A DNA stretch of 62,652 bases, the filler included, from Sphaeroforma arctica JP610 (lineage: Eukaryota), in assembly GCF_001186125.1 (NCBI RefSeq). It is 6 parts of 3 records of this genome, joined end to end, with 100 filler letters (N's around TTAATTAATTAA, not from the genome) between each part and the next. Parts side by side here need not be neighbours in the genome. Positions count along the whole stretch, not along the records: positions 12,760 to 26,591 come from NW_014040556.1; positions 26,692 to 36,188 come from NW_014040555.1; 4 more parts are not named here. One strand, given 5' to 3'. The notes beneath the pieces were generated by a model. The model made no database searches. It was not told the origin of the DNA and worked only from the letters and a program-made list of their open reading frames with translations. The translations under genes and the position numbers were made by a program. How positions within the stretch are numbered: the first letter of the stretch is position 1; each line of letters opens with the position of its first letter. This document shows positions 18,023 to 28,089 of the stretch, one piece after another.

Positions 18023-21000
18023 TCACGCCCGGATCTTCGGGAAAATCTTCGTGGTCACACCCAGCGCCGCCAGGTTGTGCATCAGCAGCTTGAACACGTA
18101 CGGGATGACTATCCGGACTGTCTGCGAGGTATCGCAAATCGCACAGCTGTCCCGTTGCGAGTTGACTATGTTGCCGCACACTGAGCAGATCACCATCGAG
18201 TACTTGTCGCTGCACTCGAGCGCCTTGTCCACTAGCATTGACGACGCCCCGTGCGCTGACAAGCAACTCAGTTCCATTTCCCCCAAGCGGAGCGCGCCGT
18301 TGCTCGACCGCCCGCTCAGCGGCTGGCGCGTAATGGCCTTGACCGACCCCACCGACCGGCTGTAGATCTTGTCCGCCACCAGGTGCTTGAGTCGGTGGTA
18401 GAAGGTCGGCGCCATGAATATCGGGGTCTCAATCTTCTGCCCCGTCGTCCCGTCGTACATGATGCACGTCCCCTCGGAACTGTACCCGGCGGCCACCAGC
18501 TCCTCCTTTGCACTCTCCACATAGTTCTCGGTCCCGTTCCAGGCCGTCTTGTTCACGCGGCTGATCCCCGCTGTCAGCGCCGCAATGCTGTGCGCGCCCT
18601 CGAGGATCTGGCTCAGCGTCATGCGCGACGGCAGCGCGCACGGGTTGAGGATGAGGTCGGGGATCACACCGTCCGCCGTAAAGGGCATGTCCTCGTGCGA
18701 CACAATCAGCCCGATGGTGCTCTTCTGCGCCGATCGCGAGCAGAACTTATCGCCGACCTCCGGAACGCGCAGCTCACGGATGATAACCTTGACACAGCTG
18801 TTGCCCTTGCGCGTCTTGAACGTGATCGTGTCGTGCACGACGGGGAACCGGTCCTTGGTCGTGAAGGCCACCGACTTGTCTGTGATCACATCCCCGACCC
18901 GCGCGTAGCGGCCCACGAGCACCGTGTCGACCTGCAGCCTGGTCCCGATCCGCACTATGCCCGTGTCCGGGTCCAGCGCGCTAAAGTCCAGGTGCTTCTT
19001 GCGGTAGGTCTCTGGGGGCACCCCGATGGTCACGCTCTTCTCCTGGGCGAGCGAGATGTCGTCAGCTGCAATTGTGCGCATCGTGTATGCGTAGAACATC
19101 CCCTTGTCAATAGCGGACTTGGAGATGATGATGGCATCCTCCTGGTTGAACCCCATGTACGGTGCCACCGCTACCATCGCGTTGTTGCCCGAGACCATGC
19201 GGTCCAGGTACAACGCACTGGAAACGTCGCTGTCCACGATGGGGACCTGGCCATTGACCAGGTAGTGCGTGGTGGTCTCGCACGCGTCCTCGAGGCTGTC
19301 GTACAGCCACGAGATGGCCTGCTTGCCCATGTTGGAGTAGTAGGTGACGCGCGGCGACTGGTTGGTCTCCACGAACGGCACAATTGAGCTCATGACCCCG
19401 AGCAACGCGGCGGGGTGTATCTCCATGTACCGCGTCGCATCGGTGATATCGTTCGCCACCATGGCGACGACCTCGTTCTCGAGTTCACACACGGTCCGGT
19501 ACACGATGACGCCCTCGGCCACGAGCTCGTCAAACAGGTCGTCGGTTTTTTCCCAGACCACTCTGGGCCTGTCCCGGTCCATAATGTCCTTGAGCCGCTG
19601 GCGGGCGCCAATGTCAACCAGCGGGCGGATCATGCGCCCCTCGTCGCACAGGACGCTGATGGTCCGTCGGCCGTCCATGTGCACGGACGTGTGTGGGTGG
19701 ACGAGCTTGCGGGTGCGCCAATCGCGAAAGACCGCCAGGAAGGCGTCCGGGGAGTCGTCGAGCGCAAACACGGGCCGGTTGTTGAGCGTCACGACGGTGG
19801 TCCCGGCCTCTATCGCGCCCGGGGCGGTGCGCTCGGTGCCGAGGCCGTCCACCAGCCGCCGCAGCGTCATCAGGACGTGCGTAAAGTTCTGCTCCTCCGT
19901 CACCTCGGTGGTCAGCGCAAAGTTCTTGACGAGGCCGACGGTGGCGCCCTCGGGCGTCTCGCAGTGGTCAATGAAAAAGTTTCCCGAGAAGTGCACGCTG
20001 CGCACGTCCGAGTTCTTGAGCTCCTTGCTGCACGGCTGCACGACGCGCTTCATGTAGCTCAGGGCGCTCGTGTAGCTTATGCGACCCAAGATCTGCGAGA
20101 CGCCCGCCCGCACGTACGTCGAGCGGATCGCGCACCAGTTGCCGGTGCTGAAGCTGTACTGGATGCACTTGGTCAGGTTGTTGTACCGACTAAGGATGTT
20201 GGCGAGCGAGATGTTTGCGTTGCTGGAGGTCGCAATGTTGCGCGCGAAGCGCTTGAACGAGATCTTGAACAGGCTCTTGAGCAGCGTGCCCGAAACTTCT
20301 ATTCGTTTGTTCGCATAATGATCCCGGGAGTCGGGCGGCCGCGCGCCGATCAGGGTCTTGAACCCGCGGTTGAACATGTCCAGCACCGCGATCACGCAGT
20401 CGCCCCGCTTGATGTACTGCCCGAGGTGCGGGAACAGCTCCTCCTCGACCACGCGCTTGATCTCAATGTTGGTCCTTGCGCCCTTGGTGCAGGTCGGGTG
20501 CGGCGCGCCGGCCTCGAGGTGCAGCGTGTACCCGCGGACGAAGCGCTCCAGCAGCACGCGGTTCTTCTGGTCCACGGGCCGATCAACGTGGGCCCAGAAC
20601 TCGTCGACGCCAATGTCCAGCATGCCCAGGAGCTGGTACATGTCAATGGTCTGGTTGACACACGGGACAACGTAGGTCGCACTGAGGCTAAAGTCCTTGA
20701 CGCACAGCAGCATCTTGTTAAGGGCGCTGTGCGACGTAGCACTGGACATGCTGCGCATCTCCACGGTCACCGCGCCGTGCTTGAGCAGGCACAGAGGGAC
20801 GTTGTAGGCCATGCGCTCCTGCGACACGAGCACGCGCTCCTTGCCCCGGATGATAAAGTAGCCCTTGAGGTCGGTCTCGGACACGGTGGGCAGCGTGGCG
20901 TAGCGCGTGTTGCACAGCTTGGAGCCGACCATGATGGGCAGTTTCATGAACGGGTAGCGGCAGACCTGGCCGACGTTGTCGCGACTGGTCTGTATGCGTA

Positions 21001-21274
21001 TGTCCACGTACACGGTGCCGTCATAGGAGATGTCGCGCATCTTGGCCTCGCGGGGTGTCAGGTAGTGGATCTTGCGGTTGTCGTCGACAATGGTCGGGCG
21101 CTCGACGACAATGTTCGTAAATGCAAAGTCGCAGTTCTTGTTGTCGGCGCGAATGACGTTGCGGGTCTCGGTCTCAATGACGTTCCGCAGACCCTCCGAC
21201 ACAAACAGGTCAAACGAGCTCAGGTGGACCTCGTAGACGGACCGCGTGTGCAGATAGCTCTTGAGAATCTCCAT
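18023..21274 (-). CDS. RPB2: DNA-directed RNA polymerase second-largest subunit, viral
   Basis: GYFIIRGKERV, ETPEG, NQSPR, FNQEDA, GDKFCSRSAQK, PDLILNP...PSRMT, YHRLKHLVADK, TRQP..GR...GALRLGEME, C-terminal CxxC..CxxC; intronless, 1083 aa. Confidence 0.97.
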   Translation of the reverse strand: MEILKSYLHTRSVYEVHLSSFDLFVSEGLRNVIETETRNVIRADNKNCDFAFTNIVVERPTIVDDNRKIHYLTPREAKMRDISYDGTVYVDIRIQTSRDNVGQVCRYPFMKLPIMVGSKLCNTRYATLPTVSETDLKGYFIIRGKERVLVSQERMAYNVPLCLLKHGAVTVEMRSMSSATSHSALNKMLLCVKDFSLSATYVVPCVNQTIDMYQLLGMLDIGVDEFWAHVDRPVDQKNRVLLERFVRGYTLHLEAGAPHPTCTKGARTNIEIKRVVEEELFPHLGQYIKRGDCVIAVLDMFNRGFKTLIGARPPDSRDHYANKRIEVSGTLLKSLFKISFKRFARNIATSSNANISLANILSRYNNLTKCIQYSFSTGNWCAIRSTYVRAGVSQILGRISYTSALSYMKRVVQPCSKELKNSDVRSVHFSGNFFIDHCETPEGATVGLVKNFALTTEVTEEQNFTHVLMTLRRLVDGLGTERTAPGAIEAGTTVVTLNNRPVFALDDSPDAFLAVFRDWRTRKLVHPHTSVHMDGRRTISVLCDEGRMIRPLVDIGARQRLKDIMDRDRPRVVWEKTDDLFDELVAEGVIVYRTVCELENEVVAMVANDITDATRYMEIHPAALLGVMSSIVPFVETNQSPRVTYYSNMGKQAISWLYDSLEDACETTTHYLVNGQVPIVDSDVSSALYLDRMVSGNNAMVAVAPYMGFNQEDAIIISKSAIDKGMFYAYTMRTIAADDISLAQEKSVTIGVPPETYRKKHLDFSALDPDTGIVRIGTRLQVDTVLVGRYARVGDVITDKSVAFTTKDRFPVVHDTITFKTRKGNSCVKVIIRELRVPEVGDKFCSRSAQKSTIGLIVSHEDMPFTADGVIPDLILNPCALPSRMTLSQILEGAHSIAALTAGISRVNKTAWNGTENYVESAKEELVAAGYSSEGTCIMYDGTTGQKIETPIFMAPTFYHRLKHLVADKIYSRSVGSVKAITRQPLSGRSSNGALRLGEMELSCLSAHGASSMLVDKALECSDKYSMVICSVCGNIVNSQRDSCAICDTSQTVRIVIPYVFKLLMHNLAALGVTTKIFPKIRA

Positions 21275-21327
21275 TCTGTTTTATTTTCGAGTACAACCAC
21301 ACTCAGGCACAGGTGGAGTTTCGGTAT

Positions 21328-21335
21328 TCAATTTT
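21328..21335 (-). promoter_or_regulatory. AAAATTGA, NCLDV early-promoter-like octamer about 55 nt upstream of RPB2
   Basis: TCAATTTT on the plus strand; exact match to the mimivirus early promoter motif at a plausible distance; single instance in an AT-rich tract. Confidence 0.5.
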
Positions 21336-21405
21336 TTATTTTACCACGCGTGACAAAATAAAAAAGTATAAAAGGGGCGCGCACAAGCAAAAACGCTCAC
21401 AACTC

Positions 21406-22083
21406 ATGTGCACATCTACAGAACACATCAGTCTCGACATGGCCAACCTCACCAAGTTCTCGGTCTTTGGCTCGTGTGGGCGCCTGCTGCTCAGCACCAA
21501 CCGGATGTCCACGGAGCTGCTGCAGAACCTGCTAAAGACCAGGCCCACGTACATTGACTGCCGCGAGTTTATGGACGACTGCCCTCCGGAGATGACGGCA
21601 ACGTCTGTGGTGCCAACCGAGCCCGACAAGTGGGAGTTTGTGGTCGCGTCGAACACGGCCGAGCTGCCGCCGAACCGCACGTTCCCGCAGTTTGGGGGCC
21701 CGGTGATTGTAGCCCGCAAGCTGGCCTACGACCCGCTGCAGGTCCAGTTCCGCAAGCGTGTCAAGGCGCTGCACGAGCGGCGCATCCGGCCGGTCTCGCG
21801 AAAGTTTCGGATCCCGCCCACGGTGGGGCGCCGCCTCTCGACGGTCTACGAGACGTTCCACGAGCTGCACGAGGGGTCGCTGAAGCAGGGGGTCCCAGAG
21901 ATCCGCATCTCCTGCTATGACGGGCCGCTGGTCATTCCAGTGGAAGCCATCCCGCTGCCAGTGGAGGTGGCGGACTCAAAGGTCGAGTCGCCCGTGGAGG
22001 TGCCGGACCTCGGAGAGAATGTGGACACTCGCGATTGCTGGTACGGGGTGACACACGCAAAGCTGCAGTACGCCTCTATGTAA
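21406..22083 (+). CDS. Viral hypothetical protein (about 225 aa; alternative ATG 21439)
   Basis: G/C-ending codons, divergent from RPB2, stop followed by a poly-A tract. Confidence 0.75.
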   Translation: MCTSTEHISLDMANLTKFSVFGSCGRLLLSTNRMSTELLQNLLKTRPTYIDCREFMDDCPPEMTATSVVPTEPDKWEFVVASNTAELPPNRTFPQFGGPVIVARKLAYDPLQVQFRKRVKALHERRIRPVSRKFRIPPTVGRRLSTVYETFHELHEGSLKQGVPEIRISCYDGPLVIPVEAIPLPVEVADSKVESPVEVPDLGENVDTRDCWYGVTHAKLQYASM

Positions 22084-22117
22084 ATAAAAAAAACAATAAA
22101 AATAATACATTTAAAAA

Positions 22118-23062
22118 CTACACGTACACTGCATCAGACACCACCTTTGATATTTTCTTTGCGTAACCAGCACCCTTGTACTCGCGCAGCACGTTGCCGG
22201 ATAGATAGATGCGGGTTGTCGGGAACGCCACAATGTCCTGGTTGAGGTCCTGGTATTTTGCGTTGACCAGTGCGAATCGCACATTGTCGCCGTACCGCTC
22301 GGTCTGTGTAAGGGCCACCTGCTCAAGACCGGGCAAGAAGGTCGCACAGGCGCTGCAGCCGTCCATCGTGTGTGTCACAACCACCACCTTGTGGGAGCTC
22401 AGCACCGCGGCCAGCTGTTCATGGGTCTCCAGCATCAGGAAGGGGCCGTTGGTTGCGATCTGGGGCGTATTGGTCAGCGTGGACGGGTCCTGTGTCGCGT
22501 AGTTGAGGCCCCCTTGAGAGGTCGAGTACTGGGGGTTCGAGTACGACGGGCCCGAGTACGTGTTGGGATGCTGGCCGCCGTCGGGCGTGGGGTACTTGTT
22601 GGTATTTGGTCGCGAAGGATGGTGTGTGGTGCTTGGTTGCGAAGTATACGGTACTGTGGTGCTTGGGTCGGCGGTCATGTCCAGCGCCCGGATGGAGACG
22701 CCCCCGTTGACGCGCCGGTCGCCGGCGGCCATGGGCGTCGTGCGGTCGTTGACGCCGTACTGGGTGCGCTCAGCCTCGGTCATCCGCACAATCTTGCCGC
22801 CCCGCAGCTCCTTGGGCAGGTACTTTTCAAACTCCGAGTAGTCGCCCGTGTCCTGGAAGAGCGTGTCGTTGGGCGCGTACGGTGCGGCACTCCCCCCCGT
22901 CATGTCATGGTGGACCTTTTGCTGTTGTACATTGTGGTACTGGTACTGCCCCTCCTGCGTGTGCTGTCGCTGGTTGTCCTGCATATCGTACATGGCGTTT
23001 CGGCGCTCGTCGTTGCGGACTGGCTCAGGCGCGTTGCGCACGTCGCCGATTTTCTTGTACAT
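22118..23062 (-). CDS. Thioredoxin-domain protein with long low-complexity N-terminus
   Basis: VVVTHTMDGCSACATFLP (CxxC), VRFALVN, IVAFPTTRIYLSG (cis-Pro loop). Confidence 0.85.
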   Translation of the reverse strand: MYKKIGDVRNAPEPVRNDERRNAMYDMQDNQRQHTQEGQYQYHNVQQQKVHHDMTGGSAAPYAPNDTLFQDTGDYSEFEKYLPKELRGGKIVRMTEAERTQYGVNDRTTPMAAGDRRVNGGVSIRALDMTADPSTTVPYTSQPSTTHHPSRPNTNKYPTPDGGQHPNTYSGPSYSNPQYSTSQGGLNYATQDPSTLTNTPQIATNGPFLMLETHEQLAAVLSSHKVVVVTHTMDGCSACATFLPGLEQVALTQTERYGDNVRFALVNAKYQDLNQDIVAFPTTRIYLSGNVLREYKGAGYAKKISKVVSDAVYV

Positions 23063-23116
23063 GTTGCCGTTGTTTGTGCATAGCCCCGGGCCTCTTAAAC
23101 CAAATTTTGTCTTTGC

Positions 23117-23857
23117 CTAGTAAAACATCATCGGGTTGGCCTTTGGCTTCCGCATGGCCACTGCAACAACAATGATGATGAAAAACAGGAACAGGGTCAC
23201 CCCGCCGCCTATAAAGAGCCACGTCTGCAGCCTCAGGGGGCCGTACTCCTTGTCCAGGGCGCTGACCTCCTCTGCCCCCGTTTCGGTGGCCCCAGCGGCT
23301 GGCACTGCACCCGCGGCTGCACCCGCGGCTGGCGCGGCTGCGCCTGCGACCGGTGCCACGGGCGCCTGCACGCAGGCGAACGGGCCCGTGGCCGAGTCAA
23401 ACGTCAGCACGACCTGGGTGATGGGCGTGGCCTCTGCGTCCACGACCAGCTCCGCCGTCAGCGGGTCCAGCCCCAGCACGTCCGTGGTGCCGGTGATCCC
23501 AATCCCGGTGGCCGTGGCCGTGGCCGTGGTGGCCGTCGTGTTGTTTGCAACCACAACGCCCTTGAGGGTGAGCAGGATCCCCTGTGTTGTGGGAGTATCT
23601 ATCTCTGGCACGATGCGGTTTTCGACACGCTTCATAAGGTAGGTCACCACGGGGGTTGCGGCAGTTGTGGCCAGCATGCGCACATTGAACTCACAGGCCG
23701 TTCCACTGGCAGTCGCCGGATCGCCCTCGAACACAAACTTGGACGCCACGAGGGTCGCCCCCGTCCGCGTGGTTGTCTCAAACATGGTCTTGTCAGCACT
23801 AAGATCCAGGGCCTGACCATTGATGGTGAGCGTAAAGGTCGCCAGGGTCGACGCCAT
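23117..23857 (-). CDS. Thr/Ala-rich protein with C-terminal transmembrane helix (candidate virion membrane protein)
   Basis: WLFIGGGVTLFLFFIIIVVAVAM followed by RKPK. Confidence 0.75.
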   Translation of the reverse strand: MASTLATFTLTINGQALDLSADKTMFETTTRTGATLVASKFVFEGDPATASGTACEFNVRMLATTAATPVVTYLMKRVENRIVPEIDTPTTQGILLTLKGVVVANNTTATTATATATGIGITGTTDVLGLDPLTAELVVDAEATPITQVVLTFDSATGPFACVQAPVAPVAGAAAPAAGAAAGAVPAAGATETGAEEVSALDKEYGPLRLQTWLFIGGGVTLFLFFIIIVVAVAMRKPKANPMMFY

Positions 23858-23957
23858 GGTGTTTTGTTATCTTGGAAATAAAAATATTAAAAAATCGTAT
23901 AAGTACCGTGTTTTTATTATTGTCAGTTCACAACTACAGAGAGGAGCAACAGACAAC

Positions 23958-24362
23958 ATGGTCGCAACTACCACTACCCCCGAGCCGTTCCACATCAAGA
24001 CCTTCACGCGGGAGCGCCTCAGCGGCGTGGAGGCCATCGCCGCCTGCAAGTCGCACCACTACGTCTTTGTCCGCGGCGGGCGTGCAGACGGACCCGGTGC
24101 CGTGGACTGGGGTGTCCTCAGCGACGTGTTTACAATGCACTCGGGCATCTCGCAGCGCAAGTTTGTCCTCGTCGTTGTCAGCCCCGACATCGTCTCGTCC
24201 CACGCGTCACTGGCCCAGAGCGTGCACGCCGCCGATGCACCCCTCGCCCGCTTCCACGTGCTGCTGGTCGGGTACACGCAGGGTACCCTGGACGCGCTCT
24301 GCCGCGACGAGGGCGCGCACATCGAGGACCTGGTCTCGCTCTCGAGCGCCGAGGTTGTTTAG
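23958..24362 (+). CDS. Viral hypothetical protein (134 aa)
   Basis: ATG in ACAACATG context after an AT-rich spacer; G/C-ending codons. Confidence 0.65.
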   Translation: MVATTTTPEPFHIKTFTRERLSGVEAIAACKSHHYVFVRGGRADGPGAVDWGVLSDVFTMHSGISQRKFVLVVVSPDIVSSHASLAQSVHAADAPLARFHVLLVGYTQGTLDALCRDEGAHIEDLVSLSSAEVV

Positions 24363-24375
24363 GTCTCGACATGAT

Positions 24376-24867
24376 CTACCAGAGCACACTCTGCGTGGAC
24401 CGGTTCCTAAACATGCCCATGTCGAGGTGGCCACTGGATACCGGGGCATCCAGAGAGTCGCTGAGGGTGGTCAGGATTAGGCGGGGCGTCTCACGCAGGC
24501 GGATGTCGGACGGTCGGACCCGGGCTACGAGGTGGGGGTTCGTGGGCTTGCTGGACGTGGTGCGATCGAATCGCCGGGAGGTGTACGGGGACCCGTACCT
24601 GTAGAGGTGCTCAAAGTTTGTCGTGGATCGGGTGGCGGTCGGGTACTGTGGTACAGGTGTGGACGGCGACTGGCGGCGCGACGGGCGAGTGCGGTTGCCT
24701 TGCTCGTCCGGCAAGTCATTGTAGTCCACTGTGTATATGGACGACTGCCGGCGCCGGGACTGGCGGGACTGGCGGCGGACGGCATCGTCGCTGCTACTAT
24801 CCGTGTATTTGTCCTTGGACTGTTTCCCGGGCGTCAGGGCCTTCTTGAGTTTCTTGAATATACCCAT
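24376..24867 (-). CDS. Basic Ser/Arg-rich viral protein (163 aa, MGIFKKLKK...)
   Basis: Start reassigned to the ATG after an A-rich leader; RRQS repeats. Confidence 0.6.
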   Translation of the reverse strand: MGIFKKLKKALTPGKQSKDKYTDSSSDDAVRRQSRQSRRRQSSIYTVDYNDLPDEQGNRTRPSRRQSPSTPVPQYPTATRSTTNFEHLYRYGSPYTSRRFDRTTSSKPTNPHLVARVRPSDIRLRETPRLILTTLSDSLDAPVSSGHLDMGMFRNRSTQSVLW

Positions 24868-25209
24868 GGCGGCTTTTTGTTTCTCACATATAATGCGCCA
24901 AATGTGTTTCACGGGTCGGATAACGTGTCGTGAACCAGCAAACCGAAAATCAAGCTTTGGATAATGGTCTGCAGAATAAATAAATAAAATATAAAATGGA
25001 CAAGTGTACTTTGTGCTCGCCCGTAGGTTCTTGCACCATCGCGCGCGCGTGTGTTTCAGGGGCTGGCCCCGCCCCCCGTCCAATTGTCTCGTTCTGCCCG
25101 TCGCTTGCCGGCTCCGAGGTGTTCTTCTACTACCCGCGGAGCCCCGACCCTCCCGTTAGACGGGCGCCATTGAGAAAAGTCCTGTGCGCCGCGCGCCGCG
25201 GACCAGAGA

Positions 25210-25881
25210 CTAGTCCAGTGGCAGCAGATCTCTATAGGTGTAGTAATGCATGTGGAACATTTTCCCCTCGTACCCGTGAATGTCCTTGACAATTGCGTTT
25301 GCGGCCCGGTAGAACGCAAACCTCGGCGACTCGGGGTCGGTGTCAGCCACCAGGGTGTTTGCTCTGAGTGGCTCAAAGGCCTTGAAGGTCTTGATGATGA
25401 ACCGTTCAATCTTGCTGCGCCGCTCGGGTGACACCTGCATCACAAAGTCCACAAACTGTCGGTCTACGCTGAGTAAAAACATGCCCACCGGGGCGATGAG
25501 CACATGGTACTTGAGCCCGTCCGTGATCGTTGCCTGCAACGTGTACAGAAAGTCCGTGCCCGAGAACCACCCGTACGGCATCGCGGCCTTTGTGGTCTGC
25601 GGGTGCGTGTGGAAGACCAGCTTCTCATACCGGGGCATGTGGACCTCGCCCATGGTGCCATAGTTTGTCGGCTCCACCCAGACCTCGTGGGGCCCGTTGC
25701 CGTCTCCCGGCACGCCGGACGTCGTCACGATCCCCGCGGTCTCCTCGGTGAGCAGCAGCAGCTCGATGCACTGCACAAGGGTCTCTTGCCGGATGTAGAA
25801 CGGCTTCCTGGTCCCCACGCGGTTCATCGGGCAGTTCGGGTCGCCACACAGGCCGTGCTTCACCTTGTCTAGATTCCCCAT
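25210..25881 (-). CDS. JAB/MPN+ (JAMM) metalloprotease, NCLDV type
   Basis: EETAG ... FHTHP ... GWFSGTD gives E, HxH, SxxD; HVLIAPVGMF downstream strand. Confidence 0.8.
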   Translation of the reverse strand: MGNLDKVKHGLCGDPNCPMNRVGTRKPFYIRQETLVQCIELLLLTEETAGIVTTSGVPGDGNGPHEVWVEPTNYGTMGEVHMPRYEKLVFHTHPQTTKAAMPYGWFSGTDFLYTLQATITDGLKYHVLIAPVGMFLLSVDRQFVDFVMQVSPERRSKIERFIIKTFKAFEPLRANTLVADTDPESPRFAFYRAANAIVKDIHGYEGKMFHMHYYTYRDLLPLD

Positions 25882-25985
25882 TTTTTTTTTATAGTTTCAT
25901 GAATGCAGAATAAAAAAAAATGAAATGCGCTGCGCACACATACTCGTACAGACCACCACACACACAAAAAAAAACAAGAATCACC

Positions 25986-26591
25986 ATGGGACTCGTCAAA
26001 GACTCGAGCAACATTTCCATAGGCACCGGGGCCGGGGGCGCCCGACAGGGGCGGGAGGCCATCGCCATAGGCACGGGCGCGGGCGCCGTGGAGCAGGGCG
26101 ACTTTGCCCTCGCGCTGGGCACGCGCGCCGGCGCAGCGGGGCAGGGGACCTGCGCTATCGCCATAGGCCCCAAGACCTGTGTCGAGCAGCAGCACAGCCA
26201 CAGCATCGTGCTCAACGCCAGCGGCCGCGACATCGCCTCCGTATGCGAGGGGGCACTGCACATTGCGCCCGTCCACGAGACCGAGTCGCCACATGCGCTG
26301 TACTACCGGCCGGCCACGGGCGAGATCGTGTCCTCCGGCAACGCGCTGCCGCTCGTCGACATCAAGAGCGCGACGGTGCTGGCCGGCGGCATGCTGGACA
26401 TTGAGCTGACCGACAACCAGCACCATCTGCTGAACCTGTCGCCAGAACCGGGTGCCCGGGGGCCCGCGGGCACCTCGGGCGGCTACCACCTCGAGACGCG
26501 GCAGCTCTGGGAGCTCAGCGCGCAGTGCCCGTCGGCGTACAAGCTCCCGCCGCAGGCGCCAACCACCGCACCCATTCCTTCCTCACCCTTC
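25986..26591 (+). CDS. Second, short YadA-like fibre paralog, 3' truncated
   Basis: Four AIAIG..AG...QG repeats, SIVLNASG..LHIAPV..ALYYRPATGEIV connector, short Gly-X-Y run. Confidence 0.8.
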
Positions 26592-26691
26592 NNNNNNNNN
26601 NNNNNNNNNNNNNNNNNNNNNNNNNNNNNNNNNNNTTAATTAATTAANNNNNNNNNNNNNNNNNNNNNNNNNNNNNNNNNNNNNNNNNNNN
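26592..26691. other. Artificial spacer at the virus/host transition
   Basis: N44-TTAATTAATTAA-N44. Confidence 0.97.
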
Positions 26692-26847
26692 ATATATATA
26701 CATATATACATATATATGAATGTATATATATATACATATATATAAATATATATATATACATATAAATAGATATAGATATAGATATAGATATAGATATATA
26801 TATAGATATATATGCATATATATATATATGACACACCACATCCATAC

Positions 26848-27497
26848 CGGATCCCTGCGCTTCTTCTTGTTGGGCAGTCCCACTCTGTTTATAGGGCACG
26901 TGGGTGGCGAGAGCTCTCGTTTACTTTGCTGAGTCTGTTGCTGATGTTCTCGTAGTTCCATTTGGGCGTCCAGGTTCTTCTTGGTTGGGGCCGATGATGA
27001 CCTGATAACGGGACAACCGCCGGTGGCGCTCTGTTGCATAATACCCAGGCCGCCCTACAGAGCGACGATTCACGTAATGGTTTTAGGCTTTAGGGTTATT
27101 CATAGGTAATGATGGGGGTGTACATATAGTACATATGAATGAATGGTCATATAATAGCGTCTCTTCTGCCTGAACACGGGTGTGTGTGTTCGGAGGTACA
27201 CCGTCCTCTTTACTTGATGATATGAATGTTGACGTGTATATATATATATATATAGTACGAACTTGTCCATCCCGCCTGTAGTTTGTATATTTACCTGTGA
27301 CCTGGATCGATGCGGTAGATTGTGCAGTGTTGATGTTACATACAGGATGCAGGTGCTTGCGCATGCGTTGATATCTAGGGTTTTAAGGTTTTTCTGTGCA
27401 AACCAATCGAAGTAGTAGTCATCCTGTACGACCGCCTCTATTGAAGTTGCTCGCCTCAGTACTAAATTGTACTAACAAGACTCACACTTGGGGGCCG

Positions 27498-27533
<36 letters not shown>

Positions 27534-28089
27534 GAGTGGCTCACATACGCATAGCATACACACGACCCACGTCATGTATACTTGCGTACACATAGTATGT
27601 GTGTATATGGGTATGTACTACCCAAATACACTAATTCTAGATACATACTCATATACACACACTCAATGTATACATATATACCTATATACACACATTCTAC
27701 GTACATACTCATATACACACATTCAACATACATACTCATTTACACACATTCTACATACATACTCATATACACACATTCTATACATACATACATAAAAAAT
27801 GTATACTCATATACACACATACCAATTCGCCCATAACATTACTCGCAATCCTATCGGCCGTCGCCGATCTCCGCGGGGCCGGTACCCCAGACGATGACCG
27901 TTCAGTACTATCACCCGCATGGAGACCCCCGCCCATGCCTCCATTGATACCGCTCACACCTGCTGCATTGGCTTTATGGGTCATAGACACGCGTGTGTGC
28001 ATGTCCTTCTCGTGGTCTTCTTTGGGAACTGCTTCTTCGTTGGAGATGGCGGCGAGCGCATTCATCATGAGCTGACCGGCCATGCGCAT
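26848..28089 (-). CDS. Unidentified spliced host gene, candidate exons 28089-27823, 27374-27295 and 27054-26848
   Basis: GC-richer islands bounded by YAG and GTATG/GTAAA among microsatellite introns; exon joining not resolved. Confidence 0.45.

Larger units (their letters stand above)
1..26591. mobile_element. Giant virus (Nucleocytoviricota) derived region, probably an endogenous viral element; two blocks split by an artificial spacer
   Basis: About 18 closely packed intronless GC-rich ORFs with poly-A/T intergenic tracts; intronless divergent RPB2, NCLDV-type HAN/ERFEP/GPQ/GFC proteases, FHTHP JAMM protein, S74 fibre. Sharp contrast with the intron- and microsatellite-rich rest of the window. 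Confidence 0.88.

Noticed and set aside
18023..21274. Host nuclear RPB2 or bacterial rpoB
   Set aside because: Intronless, short, divergent motifs and viral gene neighbourhood; C-terminal zinc site is archaeo-eukaryotic/NCLDV type rather than bacterial.
26592..26691. Virus-host integration junction
   Set aside because: Falls in an artificial spacer, so no TSD or terminal repeat can be assessed.
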